Positions 25,254-37,690 of a stretch of DNA of 64,000 nt are shown one piece after another (position 1 is the first letter of the stretch; the number at the start of each line of letters is the position of its first letter). The notes under the pieces are model-generated. The model had not been told where the DNA came from and did no database searches. It saw nothing but the letters and a program-made list of their open reading frames with translations. Both the position numbers and the translations under genes were made by a program. The stretch comes from Squalus acanthias. Lineage: Eukaryota. Location: positions 115,632,001 to 115,696,000 of the forward strand of contig CM059431.1 in assembly GCA_030390025.1 (NCBI GenBank), read 5' to 3'.

Positions 25254-26661
25254 TGTAAATGCCTTGGTTCTCTTCAATTGACTGCAGTCCATGTTAATCG
25301 TGGCAAGCTCCTTTGAAAGCACAAAATTCGTGAGGCATTCTGGTTAATTTTAACACTTCATATTTCACAACTGAATGAAAGTGAGATTTGAATTTTGAAC
25401 AGATCAGCCACAGCATCACTGACTCAAAGGTTACCTCAGCAAACACTCTCCCACATCCAGTCACTCATTGTTCCAGTTCACAAAGGCACTGTACCCACTC
25501 CAAGCCCAGTGACCAAAGACACTGGTCCCAATTCGGGTCCTGCTCTCGTCTGCTAAAAGTGCTCACTATTCCAGAATCATACTGGAATGCAAGGATAAAC
25601 CCCGGCTCCTATTCTCTACTGCTAACCATCTTCTTAAACCCCTCTCCCCTGTCTCCTCCACCCTCACCTCCGATAACAAGTGTGAGGAGCTCATGGACTT
25701 CTTTGTCTCTAAGATTGAGACCATCCATTCAGCTGCCTCTGCCACTTCCCTTCCTTCCCCATGCCCACTGGGCCAAACTTCCCCTAAGGTTCCCCCCTGC
25801 CGTAGCCCTGAACTCACATCTTTCTCCAGTTTCTCTCCGATCTCCCCTCATGATCTATGTGCGCTCATCTTGTCTATGAAACCCATTTCCTGCTCCCTCG
25901 ACCCTATTCCCACCAAACTGCTGACCACCCAACTTCCTTTTCTGGCTCCCATGTTAGCTGATATTGTTAATGGTTCTCTCTCCTCAGGTACTGTCCCCCT
26001 CTTCTTCAAATCTGCTGTCATCACCCCTCTCCTCAAAAAAACAAACCTTGATCCCTCCGTCCTTGCAAACTACTGCCCCATCTCCAACCTCCCTTTCCAC
26101 TCCAAAGTCCTTGAACGTGTTGTCGCCTCCCAAATCCATGCCCATCTTTCCTGCAATTCCCTCCAATCAGGTTTCTTCCCTTGCCACAGTACCGAAATGA
26201 CTCTCATCAAAGTCATAAATGACATCCTTTGTGACTGTGACAAAGGTAAACTATCCCTCCTCGTCCTTCTTGACTTGTCTGCAGCCTTTGACACGGTTGA
26301 CCACTCCATCCTTCTCCATCGCCACTCCACCGTCGTCCAGCTGGGTGGGACTGCACTCGCCTGGTTCCATTCTTATCTATCTAATTGTAGCCAGAGAATT
26401 ACCTGCAATGGCTTCTCTTCCCGCTCCCGCATCGTTACCTCTGGTGTCGCCCAAGAATCTATCCTTGGCCCCCTCCTATTTCTCATCTACATGTTGCCCC
26501 TTGGTGACATCATCCGAAAACACAGCATCAGTTTCCACATGTACGCTGACGACACCCAGCTCTCCCTCACTACCTCTTCTCTCGACCCCTCCACGGTGTC
26601 TAATTTGTCAGACTGCTTGTCCGACATACAGTTCTGGATGAGCAAAAATTTTCTCCAATTA

Positions 26662-29578
26662 ATACTTTGGTTCTGTCTTCACGGAAGAGGACATAAATAA
26701 TTTCCCAGAAATGCTAGGGAACCAAGGGTCTAGTGAGAAGGAGGAATTAAAGGAAATTAGTATTAGTAAAAAAAAAATAGTGCTGGAGAAATTAATGGGA
26801 CTGAAAGCTGATAAATTCCCAGGGCCTGATAATCTGCATCCCAGAGTACTAAAAGAGGTAGCCATGGAAATAGTGGATGCATTGGTTGTCATCTTCCAAA
26901 ATTCTATAGATTATGGAACAATTCCTGCAGATTGAAGGGTGGCAAATGTAACCCCACTATTTAAAAAAGGAGGGAGAGAGAAAACAGGGAACTACAGACT
27001 GGTTAGCCTGACATCAGTAGTAGGGAAAATGCCAGAGTCTATTATAAAGGATGTGATAACAGGACACTTAGAAAATATCAACGGGATTAGACAAAGTCAA
27101 CATGGACTTATGAAAGGGAAATCATGTTTGACAAACCTACTGGAGTTTTTTGAGGATGTAACTGGTAGAATAGATAAGGGAGAACCAGTGGATGTGGTGA
27201 ATTTGGATTTTCAGAAGGCCTTTGATAAAGTCCCAAATAAGAGGTTAGTGTGCAAAATGAAAGCACATGGGATTGGGGGGTAGTATACTGGCATGGATTG
27301 AAAATTGGTTAACAGACAGGAAACAGAGAGTAGGAATAAATGGATCTTTTTCGGGGTGGCAGGCGATGACTAGTGGGGTACCGCAGGGATCAGTGCTTGT
27401 GCCCCAGCTATTCACAATATATATCAATGATTTGGATGAGGGAACCAAATGTAATATTTCCAAGTTTGCTGACGACACGAAACTAGGTGGGATTGTGAGT
27501 TGTGAGGAGGATGCAAAGTGGCTTCAAGGTGATTTAGACAAGTTGAGTGAGTGGGCAAATACATGGCAGATGCAGTATAACGTGGAAAAATGTGAAGTTA
27601 TCCACTTCGGTAGGAAAAACAGAAAGGTAGAGTATTATTTAAATGGTGATAGATTGGGAAATGCTGATATACAAAGGGACCTGGGTGTCCTTGTACACCA
27701 GTCACTGAAAGCATAGAATCATAGAAAATTACAGCATGGAAAGAGGCCATTTCGGCCCATCGTGTCCGCGCCGGCCAACAAAGAGCTATCCAGCCTAATC
27801 CCACTTCCCAGCTCTTGGTCCATAGCCCTGCAGGTTAGAGCATCCCAAGTGCACATCCAAGTACTTTTTAAATGTGGTTAGGGTTCCTGCCTCTACCACC
27901 CTTTCAGGCAGTGAGTTCCAGACCCCCACAACCCTCTGGGTGAAGAAATTTCCCCTCAAATCCCCTCTAAACCTTCCAACAATTAGTTTAAATCTGTGCG
28001 CCGTGGTTTTTGACCCCTCTGCTAAGGGAAATAGGTCCTTTCTATCCACTTTATCTATGCCCCTCATAATTTTACACACCTCAATAAGGTCTCCCCTCAG
28101 CCTCCTCTGTTCCAAGGAAAACAGACCCAGCCTATCCAGTCTTTCCTCATAGCTAAGATTCTCTACTCCCAGCAACATCCTTGTAAATCTCCTCTGTACC
28201 CTCTCTAGTGCAATCACATCTTTCCTGTAATGTGGTGACCAGAACTGCACTCAGCACTCTAGCTGAGGCCTAACTAGTGTTTTATACAGTTGAAGCATAA
28301 CCCCCCTGCTCTTGTATTCTATGCCACGGCTAATAAAGGCAAGCATTCTGTATGCCTTCTTAACCACCTTATCTACCTGGCCTGCTACCTTCAGGGATCT
28401 GTGGACATGCACTCCAAGGTCCCTTTGTTCCTCTGCGCTACTCAGTGTCCTACCATTTAATGTGTATTCCCTTTCCTTGTTAGCCCTCCCCAAATGCATT
28501 ACCTCACACTTCTCCGGATTGAATTCCATTTGCCACTGTTCAGCCCACCTGACCAATTTATTGATATCTTCCTGCAGTCTACAGCTTCCTTCTTCAGTAC
28601 CAACCACACAGCCGATTTTAGTATCATCTGCAAACTTCTTAATCATACCACCTATATTCAAGTCTAGATCATTGATATATACCACAAAAAGCAAGGGACC
28701 TAGTACTGAGCCCTGCGGAACCCCACTGGAAACAGCCTCCCAATCACAAAAACACCCATCAACCATTACCCTCTGCTTCCTGCCTCCAAGCCAGTTTTGA
28801 ATCCAACTTGACACTTTGCCCTGGATCCCATGGGCTTTTAACTTTGTGACCAGTCTGCCATGTGGAACCTTATCAAAAGCCTTGCTAAAGTCCATATACA
28901 CTACATCAAATGCACTACCCTCATCTATCCTCCTTGTTACCTCCTCAAAAAATTCAATTAAGTTTGTCAGACACGACCTTCCCTTAACAAATCCGTGCTG
29001 AATATCCTTGATTAATCCGTGTCTTTCTAAATGAAGATTTATCCTGTCCTTCAGAATTCTTTCCAATAATTTTCCCACCACCGAGGTTAGGCTGACTGGC
29101 CTGTAATTACTCGGTCTTTCCTTTTCTCCCTTTTTAAACAAGGGTACCACATTAGCAGTCCTCCAGTCCTCTGGCACCACACCTGAAGGCGTATAAAATT
29201 CTGACAGGGCTAGACAGACTGGATGCAGGGAGGATGTTTCCCCTGGCTGGGGGGTCTAGAACAAGGGGTCATAGTCTCAGGATACGGGGTAGGACATTTA
29301 GGACTGAGATGAGGAGAAATTTCTTCACTCAGAGGGTGGTGAACCTATGGAATTCTCTACCACAGAAAGCTGTGGAGGCCAAGTCACTGAATATATTTAA
29401 GAAGGAGATAGATAGATTTCTAGACACAAAAGGCATCAAGGGATATGGGGAGAGAACGGGAATATGGTATTGAGATAGAGGATCAGCCATGATCATATTG
29501 AATGGTGGAGCAGGCTCGAAGGGCCAAATGGCCTACTCCTGCACCTATATTTCTATGTTTTTATGTTTCTATGTTTCT
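26662..29578 (+). mobile_element. CR1 LINE (5'-truncated) inside L2, itself interrupted by an antisense CR1
   Basis: PGPDNLHPRVLKE, QHG..KGKSCLTNL, GVPQGSVL, KFADDTKL. C-terminus 29187-29473 and (TTCTATGT)n tail. Confidence 0.93.
27712..29186 (-). mobile_element. CR1 LINE (5'-truncated, different subfamily), almost open RT
   Basis: ORFs 28251..29180 and 27795..28250 are in frame and separated by one stop. (CATAGAAT) tail at 27712. Confidence 0.93.
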
Positions 29579-31099
29579 AAATATTGGGAAGACCAAAACC
29601 ATTGTTTTCGGTCCTCCCCACCACAAACTCCGTTCCTTAGCCAGTGACTCCCTCCCTCTCCCTAACATCCGTCTGAGGCTGAACCACACTGTTTGCAACC
29701 TTGCTGTCATATTTGACCCGGAAATTAGCTTCCGACCACATATCCGCAGCATAATAAAGACCGCCTACTTCCACCTCCGTAACATCGCCCGTCTCCGCCC
29801 TTGCCTCAGCTCATCCACTGCTGAAACCCTCATCCATGCCTTTGTTACCTCTAGACTTGACTATTCCAACGCACTCCTGGCTGGCCTCCCACATTCCACC
29901 CTATGTAAACTTGAGGTCATCCAAAACTCGGCTGCCCGTGTCCTAACTCGCACCAAGACCCATTCGCCCATCACCCCTGTACTCGCTGACCTACATTGGC
30001 ACCCAGTTAAGCAGCGCCTTGATTTCAATATTCTCATCCTTGTTTTCAAATCCCTTCATGGCCTCGCCCCTCCCTATCTCTGTAATCTCCTTCAGCCCCA
30101 CAACCCCCCCGAGATATCTGCACTCCTCTAATTCTGCCCTCTTGAGCATCCCTGATTATAGTCGCTCAACCATTGGTGGCCGTGCCTTCTGTTGCCTAGG
30201 CCCGAAGCTCTGGAATTCCCTGCCTAAACCTCTCCGCCTCGCTACCTCTCTTTCCTCCTTTAAGACGCTCCTTAAAACCTACCTTTTTGACCAAGCTTTT
30301 GGTCACCTGCCCTAATTTATCCTTATGTGGATCGGTGTCAAATTTTTTGTCTTAAAATACTGCTGTGCAGCGCCTTGGGACGTTTTACTACGTTAAAGGC
30401 ACTATATAAATACAAGTTGTTGTTGTTGTTGTTGTTGCAGTGCTTTCCTAGCTGCAGCAGCTTAATGGGACAGGGCAAATGACTTCCTAAGGAAATAAGC
30501 TTTGGAAAATTGATACGTAGCTCTCAAGGAGCCCCCTTTATGAAGAAACATGGGGAGAGGTGGGAGGCAGCAGAAGTGGACAAAGAGAGCAACCCGCTGG
30601 CCTCACCATTCATACCGACTTGGCTACCACTGACAAAGAACTCCGAACGTTTCTTCCATAGAGGCGTTGTTCCCAGGAGGCAGAGCATGGGTAAAAGGGG
30701 AGGTAAATGTAAGAGAGCACTAAGCCCTGACCACTCACCGTCAAAAATGAGAGTCGGCGTTTCTAGGGGCGGACATTCAGTGGAAAGCAATCCCGCCTCA
30801 TTTCCTTTACTTAAACACTTGCGAATGACCGAAAAGGAGTGGAGATGAGGGTAAATCCTGCCCAATGATTTCAGGGGAGGAGGTGACACCAAAACATATG
30901 CACTTTTCAACAGGAGTCACTGGATTATGATAAGGGGGACAAACATAGCTGATTTTTCCCTTCCTAGTCCAAGAGCAAGAAGCCCAAATATGGCGCTTCA
31001 ATTTTTATCCCGGCTAAGATCAGCTAACTCAATAGAGAAACTGCAACCTTCTGGCCTGCATGGCCGCAGTGAATGGTGCCTGTACTCAGCGAGGCTGTC

Positions 31100-31860
31100 T
31101 CTGCTGAGCAGGACAGAGATGCTGACTTCAGGGGCCCAGTCTTGAAAAGAAAACTGCATGCCCCACACAAGAAATTATAATAGGTATTGGAAGGCCTGCC
31201 ACAGAGTTTCGAACCATTGCTGAAAGTATGGAGCAGCCCACTTCCTGCTTGCGTGGCATCCTTTTGCACAGCATAAGCATTCTACAGTCTACTTTGGGGC
31301 ATGTGGCCACCTCCAGGGATGCTGCTATATGACATGTGGAGTCTGTGTTACCAGCCTTTGCAACTTTAAATGAAACTCAAACGGCCACCATCCAGACTAT
31401 GGGCCCCAATGTATGCTCAACCTTGGAGAGACTGGTGGACCACATAGATAGGGGCTTTCAAGGCAGCTCTCATCTCCTACAGTCTGCTCTGCCGTAGATC
31501 AGTGGAAGTAATGAGCTTCGACCCAATGGGAGTGGCACTGGTGCAATGGGAGCAGCACGTGCTGCCCTCTCTCAAGATGTCAGTAAGTCTGCCCCTTCAC
31601 CATCCCCTCAACCAATATTCACCATGGTTCCAGAAAGCCAGCGAGGCCAGACTGCCCCAGAAGCTGCTGAAGTGCTACGGTCTGCAGCAGGGCCATCACA
31701 GGTCCGAGCACCGGGAAATCGCTGGCCATGAGCATCTCAAGGGTCCTAACATGAGCATCTGCAGCCTTCCACCAGCTTTGCTGATGCCACGGGGGGAGCA
31801 CCTTATAGGAGTAGTCGAATTTAGTCAACCTTCTTTTAAGAAAGGTACTGTGGGTTGACA
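31100..31860 (+). pseudogene. Probable decayed C-terminal exon of a Harbinger Myb-like gene
   Basis: Pieces such as AALSQD and RSAAGPSQVRA resemble AVLSQD and QSAAGPSRPRA in 45350..46072. Convergent with the transposase remnant. Confidence 0.55.
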
Positions 31861-31989
31861 CTTGGGTGAGAAATAAATTCAAGGCAATTATTGTCTTTGA
31901 CATTAATCACCTTTACCACTTTTGGCACTTTGGTCTGTAGCGTCTTTAGATAGCAGCTCCTGAATCTGCATTGTCAGTTTGTTATTCAT

Positions 31990-33791
31990 ATGAAAGTTGG
32001 TGAAATGGTTTTCGTGTTCTTTAATGCAGGATTAAAGAAGTGGTGAAAGATGTAACAAGGACTATCCAAGCACCTGAACCTTTGGGGGCGGTTTTGCCAG
32101 CCCTGGGGAGGCGGGTTTGGAGGTGGGACTGCCGGGAAAATGGCAGAATCTGGGGGCGGGTACCCATCCCGCGCCCAACTCGCCTCCGTGCCACCTTCCC
32201 AGGAGGCGGGTACCTGACCCACACCGGGTCCCATCTCCTGGAGGCGGGTAGGGGATTACATCCACTTAACTGCCTGTTAACAGGTAGTTAGCAGGCAGTT
32301 AAGAGGATTATCCCCATTTTTCCATCATAGGTGCGGGCTTCCCGACGTCGGGAAATCCTGCCAGGGTCAGCGAAGCGAGCAGTGAGTCTGCGGGGGTCGG
32401 AGGGGTCCAAAAGTGCACTGTGGAGGTGATTGAGTGGAAAGTGAGAGAAAAAGTTTACTTACCTTTGTTTCTTCCTGCAGGCTTCAGTCGTTGGGGATGC
32501 GAAGGCTCCGGCATCTCAATGGCAGAGATGACAGAATGGCTGCTGCATTCTCCCATGCAACAGCCATCTGCTTTCTGCTCACAAAAGAGGTTTGGTGAGC
32601 CTTGAGTACAAGAACTCACCAAACAACAGAGAATGTCAGTGTTTGACAACTTCGCAAAGCTGTCGAACGATGACAATTCATCTGTCAAAATTTTTTGACA
32701 GATGAAACGTCATACGCTGACGTTCTCTGTAACCAGCTTCCCCTTAATTGCCCTACTAAGCCCACTGGGCGGGCTTAACAAGGTCAATCAAGGGAAAATA
32801 GCGTGAGTTGGCCACAATTCGATGGAGGTGGGACTAAAACCCGACAAGCAGCAGTCCCACCTCCAACGCGCCCCCATTGGCAAAATCACCCCCAAAGTGC
32901 CCTAGGGTGTGTTCAGTGATGTTCCTGGTGGTCCCATGACTGTTGTTGTACCTGAACTGTGCAGGCATGGTGGGGTTGCGGAGTGGTGTCATTACCCATG
33001 TGTGGAGGGGATAGCTTTTGTCCCTAAACAGCCAACATCTAATATTCCTAGAAGAGTGTAATAATGGGAAAATGGTTGACTTTCACAGGACAAAGGTATA
33101 GTGAGAGCGGCCTGCAAAGGTGGCACAGACTTACGCTATTCTTTCGCAAATATCACTGACCAGCTGGACATTACTGGAGTGAAAGATCTTCCTCTTGATG
33201 ATATCTCCTGGTTGGTCTTCTGGTACCTTAATGGCTACATGAATGCAGAGTATAACCTCTTTGGACACAAGGGAAGCCAGCCAATGCAGCAAATCCCAGA
33301 TCTCTCTCATTTTGACTGAATGAAAGGTGATATATTGGACGTCCCTGGCAAGTAGGCCACTGGTGATCTGCTTGATGCATTTGTGCACTGTGAGAGATGT
33401 CCCCCGGGGCATCCTGGAAGGAGTCTGAGACAAAAAAGTTAGGAATGGTGGTGACTTTGACAGTCATCGGCAAAGTATGGCCAACTGGCCTAGCAGGCAG
33501 TAGGTCTTGTTGCAGGAGGCAGAACAACCAGAGAGAGCCTGCCTAGAGATGTACAGTCTTCTCATGCACTCCCGCCTCAGAGATATCAAGGAAACAAATT
33601 TTTGGCCTACAGACCATGTGGTTTGGGTAAGGCCTTCTTGAGCAGGCCAACCCCCTCACCTGTTGCCTTCTAAAAGGCCCGCATGCTGCTTCTCCTGGTT
33701 GTTACGGCTGCTGCAGATGTCCTTGCTACTGCTGCTCCTCTTCCTCCTCCTCTTAATCCATCCACAGCCATGGAGCAAGAATAGCACCCAT
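31990..33791 (-). pseudogene. Decayed Harbinger transposase, split by a MITE
   Basis: Minus-strand fragments MGAIL..., TLPMTVKVT..NFF.SDSFQ, RYNNSHGTTRNITEHTLG | QRFRCLD, with many stops and frameshifts. Confidence 0.8.
32085..32893. mobile_element. Harbinger-type MITE with a multi-hairpin core
   Basis: TIRs GGGGCGGTTTTGCCA / TGGCAAAATCACCCC. TSD not cleanly resolved. Confidence 0.75.
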
Positions 33792-34380
33792 GATGGGCGG
33801 TGAGTGCTTCTGCAGAATAAGAATCAGAGGCAGGCAAACTCCAAGTTCAAAAATCCCTTGGAAATCCAAAAAGGACAATAGAACACAGATCCCTATGATC
33901 TGAGTGCTTGCACCTGAAAGGCCCTGCAAATAGTGTTCTAGTGCAACTCTGAAACCAATCCCACTACTTTTTACTTAGTGGGTTGGGCGCTGGGCGGGAC
34001 TTCCAGTTTTTTAAGTTAAAAATGCATCGGGGTCATAATGACATTATAGGACCCTGATCTGCATCTATTCATGAGGCATCCTCCTGAATCCACAGAATGG
34101 GCACCTCGAAAACCTAATGGAAGCGCTTTGGTAAAGTGGTGGCATGCAGGCATCGAGCGGGCAAAGGGTGGTACATCTTTGGAGGTGATTTTAACTTCGC
34201 GAGCACCATGTACCCGCCGGACAGGGTGGGTTACCCCCACATGTGCACAGATACTGGTAAGTGAATTATAACCCAGTTAAAAATCACCCAGTAAAGTGTT
34301 GTGTTGTGTGGATGTCAGTCCAAAACACCACAGTTCTTTATTGTACCATTCATCCATTGGCCCACTCACAAATCAGGATC

Positions 34381-35230
34381 AAAAACAAACTTACATTCAT
34401 AGAGCAACTTTAATGTACAAAACATTCCAGGGCCCTTCACAGAGGAGTAAAAGTGGGCACGAAGGGAACGATTTTAACCCTACCCACCCAGGTTACTTAC
34501 CCGCCCTGGAGCCGCCGGGACCTGACCATTACAATCTTAAGCTGCTCAACTGAGCAGGTGGCAAGGACACCCGCTCAAAGCTAATAGGGTTCTTTCTTAC
34601 ACCTGCATTCCGGAAGATGTCATCGTGACCCGACTGCAATTTTAACTCAGCGGCCTTGAGCGGGAAGCTGCAGGATGTTTCCTGCCTGGCCAACCGAGAG
34701 GCGAAATGGATCTGGACCAGAAGAGGCCCAAAAAGGGCTTTCCTTGTGAGGCCAAGAGGAGCAGGATTGCGAGACCCCCCGTGGCATGACCCTCGCAGCT
34801 GATCCCACCACTTACCTGGTCTCAGCGGGTAGCCTCCAGGACGTGCGATTTTCTGCTCCTTCCCGCACGGAATGGGATGGAAAGTAGGCTCATGGGAATT
34901 AAATGAGGCTCGGGAGTTAAAATATCCTGGGCCTCGTTTCTGGAGCAGCGGGTGAGTTTCCAACTGGCTCAGAGTTTAAATCGGGGTCCTAGCTTAAGTG
35001 AGGAATTAGGATAGGTGACCAACGATAGGTGGTCTTTGAGAAGGCGATTTAAAGGCAAGCAGAGAGGAAGTGAGTCAAAGGGGTGTAGGGAGTGAGTTCC
35101 AGAGAATAGGGACTAGACAGTTGAAAACTGAAACCAATGGTAGGATGGGCAGGGGGTGTGGAGACACAGGAGGGCTCAAGTTAAAGGAGCAAAAGTGCTT
35201 GGGAGAGGGCAGAAAGGTGAAGATCGCAGA
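34381..35230 (-). mobile_element. Old L2 3' fragment interrupted by a MITE remnant (~34464-34989)
   Basis: AAACTTACATTCATAGAGC tail and TAGGATAGGTGACCAA...GGGAGTGAGTTCCAGAG resemble 2871-3150. The insert shares GGAGCAGGA/CCTTGTG motifs with 56857-57260. Confidence 0.55.
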
Positions 35231-36014
35231 GGCAGGGTGGCTTAATAAATGCGCACCAACTACAAAGACTCTCGGACAATCTCAGTAATCCTTCCTCCTA
35301 GCTTTCAGCAGAGGGAGGTGAGCAGAAACCTGTTCCGTGTCGGTGCTGCCACTGGCTTATGGGAAGTGTCATGGGCATTGATCCTCATTTGAAACAGTGA
35401 ACCGGTGCAGTTAATTAAAGTACTATTGACAGAGCCCATTTGCTGGACTGAAGTCAGTTCGCAATGAAGTCCACCACCTGAACAAACAGCAATGTTCTGT
35501 GTAGATAGAAGTTACCCACGACTGACACGAAGCCTCCCACAACATATTTTTTACAATGTATTTTTTTCTCCCTCTCTTTTAAATGTTTTTATTGCCATTG
35601 CTGCTGCTGCAGCTACATTCATCAGCTGTCAATCATACTTCCACTCTGTGAAGCACAAAAAACAGGCACTTCAATTGCAATTACTACCATCGCATTTCCC
35701 ATAGCACTACAACACAATCCTAAAAAAAAGTTTTGATGCAGACTTTACAAGGGAATATTGTTTGGGGTTGAGTGCCGTCACTGATTTATTGGATTTAAAT
35801 TTATCAATGTTAGCTCCAGATTTTGACAACTTTGCGACAAAGTTTTTTTAATAGATTGGAATCAGGCTTCTCACTAATCTGGAACAGCGTTTTGAGGTAA
35901 AATTAAATAAATAGAGGGGTACCTGCAATGTATCTGGTTGACTAATGATTTATGAGATATAAGAAATTTTTAATTATTTTAAACTAACAAGTCAGTTAAG
36001 TAAAGAAATTCTAA

Positions 36015-36727
36015 GGGGGAGAAATTCATTATAGCCCCGTTTGGGCACTAACTTATAAAAGTTGAGAAAATTAGCGGCAGGCGCTAATGTTTTTCAACTT
36101 TAAAAAAATTCAGGGTTTGCGCTCCAGGAAGGAAGTGGAGCTAAATCAAGCGTTCCATTTCCTTCCTGGAGCACAACAGGCAGCAGGCGGGGTGGTAGGT
36201 GTGCAGCTCTGTACAATGGGCCGTGCAGCGCTGGCGCGTTGGAAGGCTCCTTCCCTCCCGTAAAGGGAAGGGCCATCGCTGCAGACTCTGCAAGGGCAAA
36301 ACTTACCTGGTCCCCGACTGCAGCAGAGTGCCGGGCTGATCGATCGCTGGCGAAGAAAAATGAAGAAAAAAACAGAAAGAGCATTTGAGATTTTTTTCCC
36401 ACTTACCTCGGCCACCTCGCCTTTAAGTATCGCCCCCGAAACGCCCGGCCTCCCGATCAACGCCTCCTGCAGCTGCCGGTGTTGTCGCCCGGCGATGTTG
36501 CAGGGGGCGGAACCGAAGTTGGGGTCCGGTGATGCGCACGGCGATGACGTCATGATCTCCGGGTGAAGGAGATCGGGGTGCAACGCCATACCGTCGTCGC
36601 AAACCTCCCACCGAATATAGCGGGAGTTGATCTTCTCGCCGCGCCCCGTCGATAAGTGCTTAGTGCCCCATTATCACCCCCACCGGAGGCGATAACGGGA
36701 GGCGCTAAGGTGTCTAATTACTGGCCC
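36015..36727. mobile_element. Harbinger-type MITE (CpG-rich)
   Basis: Left end GGGGGAGAAATTCA equals the TIR at 43731. The right subterminus resembles 47860-48044. TGACGTCA at 36545. Confidence 0.8.
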
Positions 36728-37175
36728 AAAGATCTTTGATAAAAATGGACTTTTAAATTTATATTTGGATTGTTTTATGATGACATTTAGAGTGCCTTCT
36801 CTTCACTCTTTCCCACCTTGCAGTTCTGCAGTACAGGGACTAACAGCAGTGGAGATCAGTGCTTCTAGTGTTGCATTAAGATATATATTTTTATTATTCT
36901 TTTCCAGTTCAAAAAAAAATAGTATTTTTCCTCCCTGTCCTTCACTGGCTCTTGCAATATTATGTACCTATCTGAACTGAGAGACCAGGCCTGTGACAGC
37001 ATAGCTTTTGATGTAGTTACTAGGAGCTGCATAAGACTGTCCTGAGAGTAACCCACCCATTGATTTTTCTTCTTTTCCTGCCTTTACTCTCAAATTTATT
37101 CAGGAATTGTAATCATACTACACAATATTAGCAATAAGGGAATGTCTTCCTTAAAATAGTGAGCAAAGAATTTTG

Positions 37176-37306
37176 TCTGATGAAGGGTCATCGACCTGAA
37201 ACGTTAACTCTGTTTCTCTCTCCACAGATGCTGCCTGACCTGCTGAGTACTCCCAGAATTTTCTGTTTCTATTTCAGATTTCCAGATTCCGCAGTATTTT
37301 GTTTTT
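37176..37306 (+). mobile_element. Penelope-like (family A) terminal fragment starting at the hammerhead core
   Basis: CTGATGA-A-GGGTC-ATC-GACCT-GAAACGTTAACT (37177-37209) followed by the family A tail. Confidence 0.85.
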
Positions 37307-37476
37307 GAAATAATTGTGTCTATTACAAATATTTCACAGCATCATTTAAACCTCACTATGTGAGAAATCACAGGGTGTAGATCCATAAAATAGCATGTTG
37401 GAGCACCAATGGGTGGGGCGAATGAAAAGAAACATATGGTTACAAGACCTTAAAAAATTCCAGAGTTTTTGAGGAG

Positions 37477-37690
37477 AACATCAGAACAGGGGTTGGCCAT
37501 TCAGCCCCTCGAGCCTGTTCCACCATTCAATTAGATCATGGCTGCTCTGTATCTCAACTCCATTTACCCGCCTTGGTTCCAGATCCCTTAATACCATTGC
37601 CTAACAAAAATTTATCAAACTCAGTTTTGACATTTTCAATTGACCCAGCCTCAACAGCTTTTTGGGGTTTCAGAGTTCCAGATTTCCACT
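37477..37690 (-). mobile_element. CR1 3' fragment
   Basis: GGCCATTCAGCCCCTCGAGCCTG...ATCATGGCTG 3' UTR on the minus strand. Confidence 0.75.

Larger units (their letters stand above)
25533..30437 (+). mobile_element. 5'-truncated L2 LINE split by nested CR1s (L2 parts 25533-26661 and 29579-30437)
   Basis: RT ORF 25693.. (LDPIPT, LLDLSAAFDTVDH, YADDTQL) breaks at FLQL and resumes at NIGKT (29579). (GTT)n tail. Confidence 0.93.

Noticed and set aside
28312..29001. Plus-strand ORFs of 162 and 61 aa, and similar antisense ORFs over LINEs and the transposase (e.g. 46251..46931)
   Set aside because: Antisense shadows of RT or transposase coding sequence.
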